Position numbers and translations under genes: made by a program. 64,000 nucleotides of DNA from Octopus bimaculoides. Its lineage: Eukaryota. The stretch covers positions 194,447,784 through 194,511,783 of the forward strand of contig NC_068981.1 in the NCBI RefSeq assembly GCF_001194135.2, read 5' to 3'. Shown piece after piece: positions 1 to 11,961 of this stretch; positions within the stretch are counted from its first letter, which is position 1; each line of letters starts with the position of its first letter. The notes under the pieces are model-generated. The model made no database searches and had not been told where the DNA came from. It saw only the letters and a program-made list of their open reading frames with translations.

Positions 1-52
1 TGCTTAGCGGCATTTCGTCCGGCCTCCTAACGATTCTGCCAGCTCGCCGCCT
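1..52 (-). mobile_element. SINE family B, 5' tRNA-like head (cut by window edge)
   Basis: ctaacgattctgccagctcgccgcctt is the reverse complement of the family B head seen at 29945 and 58510. Confidence 0.7.
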
Positions 53-246
53 TCAGAAATGGCTGAAATATCCCAATGTTTGCACAACTCTTTATATGTT
101 TGATATAAATAAATATACACTCAAATCACTCCTGTATTGAGTCCTTTTTCTTTAAGTCTTAGTTTTCTCAGATGTAAATCATAAACTTCAATATATATAT
201 GTATGTGTGTGTGTGTGTGTAATATATATATCTATATATATATATA

Positions 247-479
247 TTGGGTTGGTGCATAATTATTGCGTTTTTTGTTTTCAAATTTTATTCAACAAAA
301 ACAATAACAATATTTAATAAAAATATCTTTAAATGATGGTCTGACTGTCTGCCAAGCAAATGGAAAGCAGTAATTGAAGTAGATGGTGAATATGCCCCGG
401 AATAATCATTTAAAGATGTTTTTGTTACATGTTATTATTTTTGTTGAAAAAAAGCCACAATAATTATGCACCAACCCAA
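247..479 (+). mobile_element. Non-autonomous mariner (MITE)
   Basis: TIRs TTGGGTTGGTGCATAATTATTG / CAATAATTATGCACCAACCCAA, TA on both sides; internal LPSKWKAVIEVDGEY resembles a mariner transposase C-terminus. Confidence 0.9.
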
Positions 480-1006
480 TATACATACATACATACATAC
501 ATATATAGATATATATAGATATGCCAGCATGAAAGGCGGATGTTAAATGATGATATATATATATATATATATATGTGTGTGTATGATTAATAATTATAGA
601 AAACGAATATGATGCTTAATGCTTTATAGAACATACACATGTTTCAACAGATTATTGTCATAATTACGTAACAGTTGTAGAAACATTATATGATTTTGCA
701 AGTCACTAGAAACCTCTACTGAGTTTGGTTACATGTCATGGTGCTTCACAGCACATGTATTCAATATACATATGTGTGCGTGTGTGAATTTTTCTAGTAC
801 TGGTGCACTGAACATATATATATATAAAGTGGATGGCCATGAGTGTTGAGAAAGCATAGGGTTATCAGGTCCCTTTAGTTTTGTCTCATTCTGGACTTGT
901 CAACCTCTCTAGTGTTGGTGCTATAAGAAACAGCACTCTGTGAAAGGAGTGGTGTTAGGAAGAGCAACCAGCCATAGAGATGAAAACACATGACATGTCT
1001 TCTATG

Positions 1007-1161
1007 CACTAGTGTAGCTAGGTAGGGACGGTCTGCCCCGGGCAGCACTTTTAAAGGAGTGGCACTTTTGGATCTGTTGTAGGCAATGTGCTTTTTGTGC
1101 AGTCCAGGGGTGGCAAATGGAAAGGCCACCCTGGGCAGCACACACTCTAGCTATGCTAGTG
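1007..1161. mobile_element. hAT-type MITE
   Basis: TIRs cactagtgtagctag / ctagctatgctagtg; 8-bp TSD cttctatg / catctatg (7/8). Confidence 0.75.
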
Positions 1162-1217
1162 CATCTATGTTGTTTGTCCCTTTTCCTGACTCCTTACTAA
1201 CCCCTATATCTAGCCCT

Positions 1218-1310
1218 TAGTTCCCAGAATGTAAGAATTCTGGAATTTCCTCCCACATGCACATGCTTTCTTGTAGATGTTGACTTAGAGCTGTTTAAGT
1301 GGAGCATTAA
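1218..1310 (+). mobile_element. Degraded CR1-like LINE ORF2 3' end
   Basis: Translates loosely to VPRM*EFWNFLP..AFLVDVDLELFKWSIN, like the FFPRT..LWNSLP..F..FK C-terminal motif. Confidence 0.4.
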
Positions 1311-1490
1311 CCCTTCTGATGCCAATCCAAGACTGCCCTTCATTCCATCATACAAACTTCATGTTTAAGTTAAAACCATTATTCCATCAAAATCTCATGT
1401 TAATTTATGTTCCAAACACCAGTTTAATGACAAAGTTATTCTTTCTAAATTCTTCATCATTTTCAAAATCAATTGAAATAAAAGTTAGCT
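1307..1490. mobile_element. Fragment of TTAA-ended (piggyBac-like) MITE
   Basis: Starts ttaacccttc; related sequence at 11058-11189 (opposite strand) and near 38880. Confidence 0.45.
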
Positions 1491-1724
1491 GATCATGTAT
1501 GGAAAAAAAGGAGACCATCTCCCTCTGTAGGATGAAGTTAAAATAATTGACAGAGAACACCACTGGAAAATACGAAAACTAAAAGAAGCAACACATATAC
1601 TAGGACACAACAACCTCCTACGCAGACCGAGTGCAGAAATGAATAGCATATGGGAACTGGTATTAAGGAAGGAAAGGAAAATAACAGGTTTATAAGCCCT
1701 AAAATTCACTCTATAATTGCCCAC

Positions 1725-1991
1725 GGGCATATATCGTAGTGGTTAAGATCGTGGGCTAGTGACCCCAAGATTCCAGGTGAATTGAATTAATAATAACATC
1801 GGCAAAAAATACCTTAGGAATGAGAACAGCGTACCCCATTAGTCAAATAAAGAGGTGGGTTCGAAATTCCACCAGGACACTTGGTGAAGGCTGGAGAGTA
1901 CATCAGCCGAAACGTTGTGATAACAATAAACGAGATGAGGACATGTATCCGTCCGAAGTAAATAATGTACGGAATTCCTCTTATAGAACAG
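1725..1991 (+). mobile_element. SINE family D copy 1 (diverged; tRNA head plus hammerhead-like body)
   Basis: Head ggcatatatcgtagtggttaag, short AAT run, aaaaataccttaggaatgagaac, GGCTG..CAGCC GAAACGTTG and the same tail as 9142 and 47444. Confidence 0.85.
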
Positions 1992-2689
1992 TATTAATGA
2001 AAAAGTTAATGACATAAATATTACCTGTCTCTGAAGGCCTGTGAAGTGTCTGGGCACAACACCTTGATAAAAATAATAAATAAAAGAGAAAAAAAAAAGG
2101 GTCTTGGCTTGATCTGCTAAAAATACTAGTCAAGTGACCTTCTGCTAGGAAAGACATTGGATAAGGTTGCTGAAGCATCCTTCGTCATTGATCTACTGAT
2201 TCAAAGCTGCCTTGGGTTAAACAACAATGTCAAAGATGGACACATTTGATAATGTAGTACGAAATACACTATGGATAAAAGGCAGGATGGTTATACATTA
2301 TACATTGATCATAAATTTACAAGTTCAACAACATGGAGGAACACATTTGATAATGTACTCCTAGACACATATGTCTGAAGGATAGACATACGGTCACAGT
2401 TGGTGTATCTTTGACTCTGGCCCCTCACCCTAACAGACACCATCTCATTCTGTTACATGGTGTGTTGCTTCCACGTTCAATGTAACAAGCCTCTGATACA
2501 ATCATACTGCTTACTACTTCAACACTAGACTTAACTGCTAGGAACAGTAGCCAAATCTCTCTTAAAAATCACATAGAATACAGAAATGTGATGGACTGTT
2601 CTCCAGTGTCACAAGTATACAAATGGAATAAAATGTGACATCTCTATAAATGGACACTCACAAGTTAGCCTAACTTGTAAAGGCCAATG

Positions 2690-3060
2690 CTTTCACTTAT
2701 CTGTGTTCTTCAGCTTATAAGGTACATGATAAATTTGACTTCCTTTTCAATAAATTCACTGGGGTGAGAAGGGGGTGTAAAGACTGCCATTGCCTTCTCT
2801 AAGCAGAAGTTGATGAGGGTTTGCTCAAACTGGTAAGTAACGATGTGGATATCTGTTTTTAAGACCTTGGGGAATGACATTTGCTGTGGGATTTTTGTCT
2901 CAGTTAAAAAAAAAAATTCTCCCTAGAGACTTTGAACACAAAGACACATCAAGCTCCAAATGATGCCAGCAGACTACCAAATACTGGTGTTTTTATGTGA
3001 TTTCTTCTCCTCAGTGGTAGACACTGCCTCAGTCACTTGGAGCTAGTTAGAAACTTTTGT
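2690..3060 (-). mobile_element. Degraded CR1/L2-like LINE 3' fragment
   Basis: Shares ggaatgacatttgctgtgggattt with 3911-3935; degenerate LINE C-terminal character. Confidence 0.35.
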
Positions 3061-3433
3061 TCTCTCATAGAAAATAACAAGCAAAGCATTTGTTGGTGTG
3101 TGATGAGGCTTGACAAACTGGAATTAGTTCAGTACAAGTACACGAAGAAGAAAGGATTAAAATAATGATGTGTACATTTATTTTTACTGCATTTCTGCAC
3201 ATCATCCTCATTTCATATCCACTTTCCCACACTTGCATGGGTCATAAGGAATTTGTTAAAGCAAATTTTCTATGGCAAGATGTCTGTCCTCTCACCAACT
3301 CTCACCTGTTTCTGAGCAAGGAAATAATCCCCCCCCCCCGCCATGGCCAGAGAAGTTTTTTTCATGGAAGTCTGGAAATGATAAGTATAACTTACATGAC
3401 AAAAATGCTCATTTACAATCATCACTTGATGTC

Positions 3434-3435
<2 letters not shown>

Positions 3436-3498
<63 letters not shown>

Positions 3499-3682
3499 GT
3501 GTGCACACACGCATGCATGAATCACTAGCTTCTTTCGGTTTCCATCTACCAAATCCACACACAAGACTTTGGTTGGTCTGAGACTTTAGTAGAAGATACT
3601 CACCCAAGGTGCTGTGTAGAGGGACTGAACCTGAGACCACATGGTTAGGAAACCAGCTTCTTCATCACACATCCATGCCTGC
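3436..3682 (-). mobile_element. SINE family A, 5' half plus central (CA)n
   Basis: tttccatctaccaaatccac..cccaaggtgc..gggactgaacc matches other A copies. Confidence 0.8.
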
Positions 3683-4275
3683 ACATCATCATCCAGTGTT
3701 TTAAATCCGGGTTTTGTCCCTGTTAACGATGGTGGCTGGATCTACCTCAATACCATAGCAACTGAGGTAGGTAGGTGCAACTCACCCCAACCTTTAGGCT
3801 GGCTGGAACCCATTCTCCTTTGCTATCATGAGGCTTTTTTGGAGCTGGATTTTCTACTAGAAGCTTGCCCTTGCTTACTCCCAACCTCAGTTTCTAGACT
3901 AGAATGTAAATGACATTTGTTGTGGGATTTTATCGTTGAGAAAAAATTTCTCCCTACAGATTTTGTATCTTCATTTCTTTACATCATGTCCAACATACAA
4001 TCTTTTTCACCAATCTCTTTCAAAAGCCTAAAGAAGGCAGTGAAGTGAACTTAATGATGGATTTTGCTGTTAATTAGGTTTATTATACAAATAACAGCAG
4101 CTGTTTTACATAATTTCACAAGCCAGCAATGTTCAGATACTGAATCAATGCATACACAAGTACTTTGTTATTCTGTACACATCTTGGATAAGCCTCTCTG
4201 ATGGTGTTACTGTACCTGGACAGTGTATTCCAAACCAGCAATCTCACCTACCTTGTGTGTGTGTGTGTGTGTGTT

Positions 4276-4310
<35 letters not shown>

Positions 4311-4566
4311 CTGTCTCATACTTAAGCAATGCTTGAGTTACATTTCTACTTTCACTTTCATCAATCAGTTAGCCAATATGATTTTGTTTGGCAGCTGGCA
4401 AAGTTTATTTTTGTTTATTTGTTTATTTTTTGGGGAAGGATCAGAGATTTCTGGAAGTTGTCCATAATGGCCAGAGTGAAAGTCCTCCAGAACAGATTGT
4501 TTGGTTGATCTCTGTTAACACTTCTTAACCCTGTATAGCAGGACTTTGCAAAGTGGTCTCTCATTA

Positions 4567-4763
4567 TTTCAAATTTTGGCACAAAGCCAATAATTTCGGA
4601 GGAAGGGCAAATCAATTAAATTGACCCCAGTTTTCAACTGGTACTTATTGACGACCCTGAAAGGACAAAGGGCAAAGTGTACCTCAGCAGAATTTGGAGT
4701 CGGACGAAATGCCGCTAAGCATTCTTCCCAGTGTGCTAACAATTCTGTCAGCCTGCTGCCTTA
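4567..4763 (-). mobile_element. SINE family B
   Basis: actggtacttatt..gaccctgaaagga..gcaaagt..cctcagcagaattt..ccgctaagcatt. Confidence 0.8.
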
Positions 4764-4854
4764 AAGTGGTCCATACTGATCCCCGAAAGTTAATAAAATT
4801 ATGGCAGGGCTTCATTAGGAATTAAGGGATTCACAGGGAGTGAATTTGCTTGTT

Positions 4855-5045
4855 TTATCATCATCATTGTCATCATCATTTAACATCCCTCTTTCATGCT
4901 CATGTGGGTTGGACAGTTTGATGGAATCCATCAAGTTAAAGGACTACATCATGCTTTGGTATAGTTTTTACGTTATCTGGATGCCCTTCCTAATGCCAAC
5001 CACTTTAGAGTGAGTACTGGATGCCTTTTGTGTGACACCAGCATG
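4855..5045 (-). mobile_element. RTE LINE 3' end (family C), degraded
   Basis: (ATC)n tail then ggatgcccttcctaatgccaaccact. Confidence 0.7.
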
Positions 5046-5932
5046 AAGGAGAGTGCCATTGCAGTCTGCAAGACTAAGATTCCTTTTGACTGAGTGGGGT
5101 TACAGTAAAGGGAGAGGTGGCTTTATGTTATATGACGAGGGATTAAAGTGTGAGAGAAAGGGGACAAAATGGAGCAAATTTCTTACTATAGAAGAGCTAC
5201 ACAGTTACTCACATTTCAGGAGAGAGGATGGGAGTAACCGGGGTGAACTGGGTGATTTTAAGTGGCACCTACACTGACAGGGTCACCGAGTACCTTGCAA
5301 GACAAAGAATAAAATCTTTTGAGAAGGGAGGGGGCATTGGAGGAGGTGATCTTGTGTCAGATGATGAAAGGTTAGAGTGAGACAGAGACAGAAACAGGTG
5401 TCTTGCTTTAGAGGAAGTACAAGGCTACCTGGTGAGAGAGAGAGAGATCAGGAATGAAGACAGAAACAGGTGTGCTGTCGCAAAGGAAATACATGGTTAC
5501 TCAACCTGAGGGAAGAGAAGGAGAGAGAGAGAAAGAGTGGTAGACAGCAGGATAGAGATAGATGGCCCCTGTTTAATTGGCGAAATATGACCATCCCAAG
5601 TTAAACAATGACTGCTTTAACATATGATATGACATCAAGAAACTTGCAAAAAAAATACATCAATGTAAAAAAATAATTCTTTTTAGTTTAGTCACATGGC
5701 CAGCAATTTTGAGGAGAAGGGAACAAGTTGATTGAATCAACCCCAGTACTTTCTTATCGACCCCGAAAGGTAAAGTTGACTGTGGCATGATTTGAACTCA
5801 GAATGCAAAGAGCTGGAATGAATGCACCGAAAGCAGTTTTTGATTCAGCCAATCCACCAATATCATGATGCAGTAGTATTAGTAGTAGTATCAATAATAA
5901 TAATAATAATCATAATAATAATAATAATAATG

Positions 5933-6144
5933 GTTTCAAATTTTGCCACAAGGGCAGTGGTTTTGGGGGAGGGGAGGAGCCAGTTATATCAACTCCAGTA
6001 TTCAACTGGTACTTATTTTGTTGACCAAAAAGGATGAAAGGCAAAGTCAACCTCAGCGGAATTTGAACTCAAGAACATGGTCGTGGGCGAAATACCACTA
6101 AGCGTTTTGTCCAGTGCGCTAACGATTCTGCCAGCTCCCCGCCT
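5933..6144 (-). mobile_element. SINE family B between (AAT)n tracts
   Basis: Full head to tail; AAT runs at about 5893-5931 and 6147-6237. Confidence 0.85.
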
Positions 6145-6145
6145 T

Positions 6146-6235
<90 letters not shown>

Positions 6236-7401
6236 TAAGAGTAGAATGAATATTTGATTGTAGTGCATGTAGCTTTTAGATGATGTGATTGAAGTTTTCT
6301 CTTTGGTGAATCAAGTCAACAATAGGGACAATAACAACAACAAGAAGTGGTATTTCAAAGCAAGCCATGAAGAATCAATCAGCCATGCTGTTTATATTGG
6401 AACACGGTAAATATTTGATACACAATACGGGTGTATAGTCGACACATGGTGCAAGTGTGTGCGTGGTTGTACGGTTGATGTGTGTGTGTGTTTGTGTGGT
6501 GCTTGGTATATGTTGTATGGAGCTTATTATGTTCTGTTAACAGGATGTGTTTGTGGTTTACAGTTTATATATTATGTACACGCACATATATATATATGTT
6601 TGTCTCAGAAAATTAGAATATTAGGCAAAAAGCTGTGGTATTTGTTGTCACCTAAGTGAATACATCAGCATTCATTTCGTATCCTGTCCCACTTAATCTA
6701 AACGAATCTCTCCTCAGTATTTTGCTGATGTATGCTGCTTAAGTTTATGGCTTTCTCATTGGGATCACATGCCTTATCTTCCTCATACACTGCCCCCTTC
6801 TTCTCTTCCCCAACCGTTCCTATTACCAACCCCAAAGCATATCACCACTCTTTGTTCTGTTTACTGTAACAGCCTTTCTATTCTGCTGCTCTACACCATG
6901 AGGCATTCCCTACTTCCCCGCTCATTCCTACCCACCTCTGACATCACATCACCCCTTCTTTTTTCTTCGCCCCTTTCCAGCCCCACCTCTCCCCATCTTC
7001 TAAAATGTGAGTAGCCATGTCACTCCTCTGCAGCAAAAAACCTGTTCTGTTCTAGCCCCTTTTCTCTCACACCCTACTCCTCTCTATTCTTTATTCTCAA
7101 AGCATAAAGTTTCTCTCCCCACTTGGGGTTCATAGTCTTGCAAGCCATATGGTAACCTCACTAGTGCTAATGGCATAAAACAAACAAACAAACAAAGATC
7201 CAGTACACACTGTAAAATGGTTGGCATTAGCAAGTGTACCAAAACAGACATTGGATACGATGCAGTCCTTGGCTCTCTCAGATCCTTTCAAACCACCCAA
7301 CCTATGCTGACATGGAAAATGGATGTTAAATCATGATGCTGATGGCAATGGTGATGATGATCACAATGGTGGTGGTGATGATGATAGTGATGATGTTGAT
7401 A

Positions 7402-7873
7402 CTTCTTTAAACCCAGAAAAACCATTTCTGCAGAATCATATTGCCATGAAATTGTCAAAATGAACAAAAAACTGCTACTCCTCTGTCCCAGACTGGTCAA
7501 CAGAAGAGGGCCAATCATTGTTTGTGACAATACTCGCCCACACGTTTCATTGATAATGCTCTAAAAGTTGAGGGAACTTGGTTACGAAGTTCTTCCCCAC
7601 TCAGTTATTCCCCAGACCTTTCTCCTACCGACTACCACTTTTTGAAGCACCTTGATGGTTTCCTGTGAGAGAAGGAATTAAAAAAATCAAACCAATGCTG
7701 AAAGTGCATTCAAAGAGTTCATCAGCTCCAGAACTCCAGATTATTAAGTTACCAGAATAAAGAAACTTGTAACTCGTTGGCAAAAATGTGTTGATTGTAA
7801 TGGTACTTACTTAAATTAATAAATATGATGAATTTCCTGATTGAAAACGTTGCTTACTTTTTACTCAGCCTGA
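7402..7873 (+). mobile_element. Mariner transposase 3' half with right TIR (Hsmar1/cecropia-like), pseudogenised
   Basis: Reads LVNRRGP..DNTRPH..GYEVLPH..SPDLSPTDYHFLKHLDGFL..KLVTRWQKCVDCNGTY with frameshifts; ends tactcagcctga then TA. Confidence 0.9.
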
Positions 7874-8226
7874 TAGAATACCTTATAGTATTTGTTCCAT
7901 CCCTCTGAGGTCTGAGTTCAGATCCCACTGGTGCCAACTTTGTCTTACATTCTTCCAATCAACTACTGGGTCAGTTAACCTTTCATTCTTCCTCTCTCTC
8001 TCTCTCTCTCTCAGCTACATTGTCCAGTAGGAAGGGGTATGATGAGAACCACTCTCATAGCATCCCCTTCTTTAGAAATGACAAAGAGTTTAGCAACCTT
8101 ACTTCACAGAAAAACTGACATATTACTGGAATAGTCCAAGAATGGCACCACATCCACAACAGCATAGAATGGAAATTAATAGAATATTCATTAAATAAAA
8201 ACAACATAAAACTGTTGCTTGTTTCA

Positions 8227-8397
8227 GACATTAGACTGTGGCCATGCTGGGGCACTGCCGTGAAAAATTTTTAGTTGAATGAATCGATCCCAGTACTTCT
8301 TTTTTTTAAAGCCTGGTATTTATTCTGTCACTCTCCTTTTGCCAAACCACTAAGTTACGGGAAGGTAAATACACCACACTGGTTGCCAAGTGGTGGT

Positions 8398-8440
<43 letters not shown>

Positions 8441-8612
8441 GTGCGCGCGCGACAGGTTTCTATCAGTTTCCGTCTACCAAATCCACTCACGAGCCTTTGG
8501 TCGGCCCAAGGCTATAGCAGAAGACACTCGCCCAAGGTGCCACACGGTGGGACTGAACCCAAAGCCATGTGGCTGGGAAGCAAGCTTCTTACCACACAGC
8601 CACGCCTGCGCC
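8227..8612 (-). mobile_element. SINE family A, full length (tRNA head, CORE-like segment, central microsatellite)
   Basis: Head ggcgcaggcgtggctgtgtggtaag, gtggcaccttgggcgagtgtctt (resembles the start of the MIR/CORE domain), tail gcatggccacagtc. Confidence 0.9.
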
Positions 8613-9079
8613 TATATTTAAAGCGTTTTGTCTAATTTTTAATGAATTAAGTCTGTTATCATCCTTAAAAGGTTGCAAAGTTCTGGTAACATTCAGAGAT
8701 TTTTCTTACTTTTAGCCTGTTTGTTTTTTTCCCTCCTCATTCAGGACATTGACCTCATCATCTCCCCTTCCCCCCTCTACAGTCTTCCTTCACAGCCTTT
8801 GGTCATATACACACATGTATATGCATCATGTGCACACCTAGACTGACTCATACATACACATACATATGCACTTACTCACATACACACACACACACACACA
8901 GAGGCTACACACCCAAACTAATGTCACCTTAGCTGTGTCTGTTATTTCCACAGTTGGTGTTTTGTCCCAGATCAGTCCTTTTCATTTTAACACAGTAACA
9001 TACGATTTGGCTATTATTTATTGCATGTCAATAGCTGTCCTCTCAGATATGTGAGCAGTACTCTAATGTAGGTCTAGGA

Positions 9080-9432
9080 TACATTATTTACATTTGATGG
9101 ATATTTGTCCTCATCTTGTTTGTTGTTAACACAATGTTTCAGGCATTTGGTGTAGTGGTTAAGAGCACGGGCTGCTAACCCCAAGATTCCGAGTTCGATT
9201 CCAAGCAGTGACCTGAACAATAATAATAATAATAATAAGAAGAAGAATAACATTGAAAAATACCTTAGGAATGAGAACTCAGGTTCGAAATTTCCCCAAG
9301 ACACCTGATGAAGGCTGGAGGGTATATCAGCTGAAACATTGTGTTAACAACAAACAAAATGAGGACAAATATCCGTCAAATGTAAATAATGTACATAACG
9401 TACATAATTCCTCATCTCTTAAATATAGAACT
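9080..9432 (+). mobile_element. SINE family D copy 2 with inverted 63-bp tail copy at its 5' junction
   Basis: Element 9142-9432; 9080-9142 is the reverse complement of 9331-9393 with 2 mismatches. Confidence 0.9.
9300..9345 (+). ncRNA. Minimal type I hammerhead motif in SINE D (this copy mutated at G16.2)
   Basis: GACAC CTGATGA A GGCTG-10nt-CAGCT GAAA C ATT GTGTT; family consensus has CAGCC GAAA C GTT. Confidence 0.6.
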
Positions 9433-9524
9433 GCAGAGAATAAGATGTTTGTGTCCCAAGATATGAAAGCAGTATTGTAATGTTTTATGATGTTTCTCTA
9501 TACATATGTGCCCTATATAATCTA

Positions 9525-9890
9525 TGTGGAAGCGCAATGGCCCAGTGATTAGGGCAATGGACTCACAGTCGTAGGATCGCGGTTTCAATTCCGCGAGTAT
9601 TTATCGAGCAAAAACACCTAAAGCTCCATGAGGCTCCGGCAGGGGGTGGTGGTGAACCCTGCTGTATGTTTTCACCACAACTTTCATTCTTTCTTCCTGT
9701 TTCTGTTGTCCCTGGATTTCAAAGGGCCAGCCTTATTACACTCTGTGTCATGCTGAATCTCCTAGAGAACTACATTAAGGGTACATGTGTCTGTGGAGTG
9801 CTCAGCCACTTGCATGGTAATTTCATGAGCAGGCTGTTTGGTTGATTGGATCAACTGGAACCCTTGTCATTGCAACTGATGGAGTACCAT
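9525..9890 (+). mobile_element. tRNA-derived SINE family E
   Basis: Head gcgcaatggcccagtgattaggg..ggtttcaattcc; opposite-strand copy at 42296-42680. Confidence 0.85.
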
Positions 9891-10499
9891 GGTATAATCT
9901 ATACAGTTGTCACCTACTCTTCCCTACTTATTCACTCAATGCTTTATATTTACCCCTTCACCCATTCTCCCATTTCTCACTCTCCCATACACTCCTAGTT
10001 CTTCTGCACTCCTAGTTCTTCCACACTCCTAGTTCTTCCGCACTCCTAGTTCTTCCACACTCCTAGTTCTCCTGCACTCCACCACACTCATTTCTCCTCA
10101 CCTCTTACGTTAAGGGTCCACACAGACACTTCATTGCTTCTGTTATCTGTTTTCACACTCCACCCCTGTCATTCCTCACTCTCTTCAAAAATGCTAGTAG
10201 CCATATTGCTCCTCTACAGCAAGAAACCTTTTCTGCTCTGGACCCTTCTTTCATACTTTAAACCTCTCTTCCCCCCCAGTTAAAAGCCCACTCACTTGGG
10301 GTTCTTAGTTTTGCTAGCTGCATGGCAACCTCACTAGTGCTGGTGCTACAAAACAAACCACTTAGTACATGCTGTGAAGTAGCAGGCATTAGGAGGAGAA
10401 TCCAGGTGTAGAAACCATGTCAAGATAGACAGTGGAGCACAACGCACTTAGTCATGTGATCTAAATGTAATCCAGTTAGGAGGGACAAATTAATAAGAC

Positions 10500-10710
10500 T
10501 CCTTAGTGACGTATTTGGTAATGATGCCACACTGTACAGTCTCACTTCTAAGAATGTCACATATTTGGACTTGGCAGCAGATGTTTCTGGTGACCTAACT
10601 AGATTTTATTTCTAAAAATATTACATACTTGGACCTAGCAGAAAATCTTTCCAATGACCGAACTGGAATCATAGAAAATGGCTTGTTACATTTAATGCTT
10701 CCATAAAATG
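10500..10710 (+). mobile_element. CR1-like LINE reverse transcriptase fragment with internal duplication
   Basis: VFGNDATLYS (degenerate FADD motif), LDLAADVSGDL, then KWLVTFNAS; 54-nt segment repeated at 10547 and 10611. Confidence 0.7.
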
Positions 10711-11189
10711 TTGGTCGTTTCCTTCATTTTAATACTGTTATTGGTTGTTTTATTAACATCTCATTTTATTTCGTTTTATTAGCAGTTTTTTTATTGTTGC
10801 CTCAATTGCCATATTTTATTGCCCGACAGTTCTTTTTATCAGTTCTATTTATTACCATCTCATCGTATTTCATTTAAATATTTTAACAACTCTTTTACTG
10901 CCATCTTATTTTTTATTTGCTGTCTTCAACATGTCTGTATAACCAGATGTTTTATGGCATTAATGCCACTCCAACCTTTTCTGTAACCCTTTACCTAGAA
11001 GTGGGCCTTCTTTGAGATGAGTTCCAGTAATGGTAAAAGAAAAAAATCTTGTTTTGGTTAACCCTTTTGTTATCATGTTTCAGTTATTTTGGAAATAATG
11101 AGGAATTTTGTAAAATAATTTTGTCATTAGTAAGCTGATGTTTGGAACCTAAATTTTGATGGAAGATTTTAATTTAGATCACTTTAAAA

Positions 11190-11719
11190 CAGGGGTCAGA
11201 AAACTTTTTTAATCAATTACTCCAAAATATATTTATTTATGCCACTTTTACCCCCTTGATTTGAAAGGAAGAAAATCATAGATTCTTTGAATTCAAAAGG
11301 AGAATACAATTATAAATATAAAATAAATTAATATCCTCGTTATGAAACAAATGGTTTTTCTAGAAACTTTCTTACTTCAGGGTTTGGAGAAATGTTGTTT
11401 CATTTTTGTTACAATTACATCAAAATTGGGGCATTTTGATGCCAAAACAATTTGGATACAGTCTTCTTTCAGGGTCCAATCGATTACCCTGTTTTGTTTT
11501 TATATTCATTAGGGTAGAAAATCCTTGTTTGCAAAGGTAGGTTGTTGCAAAAGGCAGCAACCTTTCAACTGCCTCCTCAGACCAGAAGGAAAATTTCTAC
11601 CGTAACAAGGAACACGTTTTTTTTATATAATTTTACTTATGTCTAATGAGTCTTCATTACCCCCAAGAATTTCATTTTTACCCCACTCGGGGTAATTTAC
11701 CTTGGTTCACTGACCCCTG
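11190..11719 (-). mobile_element. hAT (Charlie/Buster-like) deletion derivative nested in a TTAA-ended MITE
   Basis: TIRs caggggtcagaaaac / gttcactgacccctg; 8-bp TSD ctttaaaa / ttttaaag; minus strand NRLDPE..CIQIVLASKCPNFDVIVTKMKQH resembles a hAT C-terminus. Confidence 0.75.
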
Positions 11720-11961
11720 TTTTAAAGCAAGAAGTTTGTATCATAGAACTAGGGCTCAGCTAGGTTGGTATCAAGAGAATCAAAGATATGTCTCAGAGAT
11801 ATAACTTTAACAGTCAAGACAATAACCTGTACATCCAGGTTAGTCCTAGTTAAGCAGGCTTATGATTAAAGACATTCTAACCATGACCATCTTGTCTTTT
11901 TTCAGATCTAGTGTATGTAGGACTACAGTAATCATGCATACCTCTCTTTTTTATCCACCCC

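Noticed and set aside
9142-9212. tRNA-like heads as real tRNA genes
   Set aside because: No complete acceptor stem, variable anticodon loop, and they continue into a shared SINE body.
10547-10664. Leucine-rich-repeat reading of ITYLDLAEN
   Set aside because: Flanking degenerate FADD and WLVTFNAS motifs fit a LINE reverse transcriptase better.
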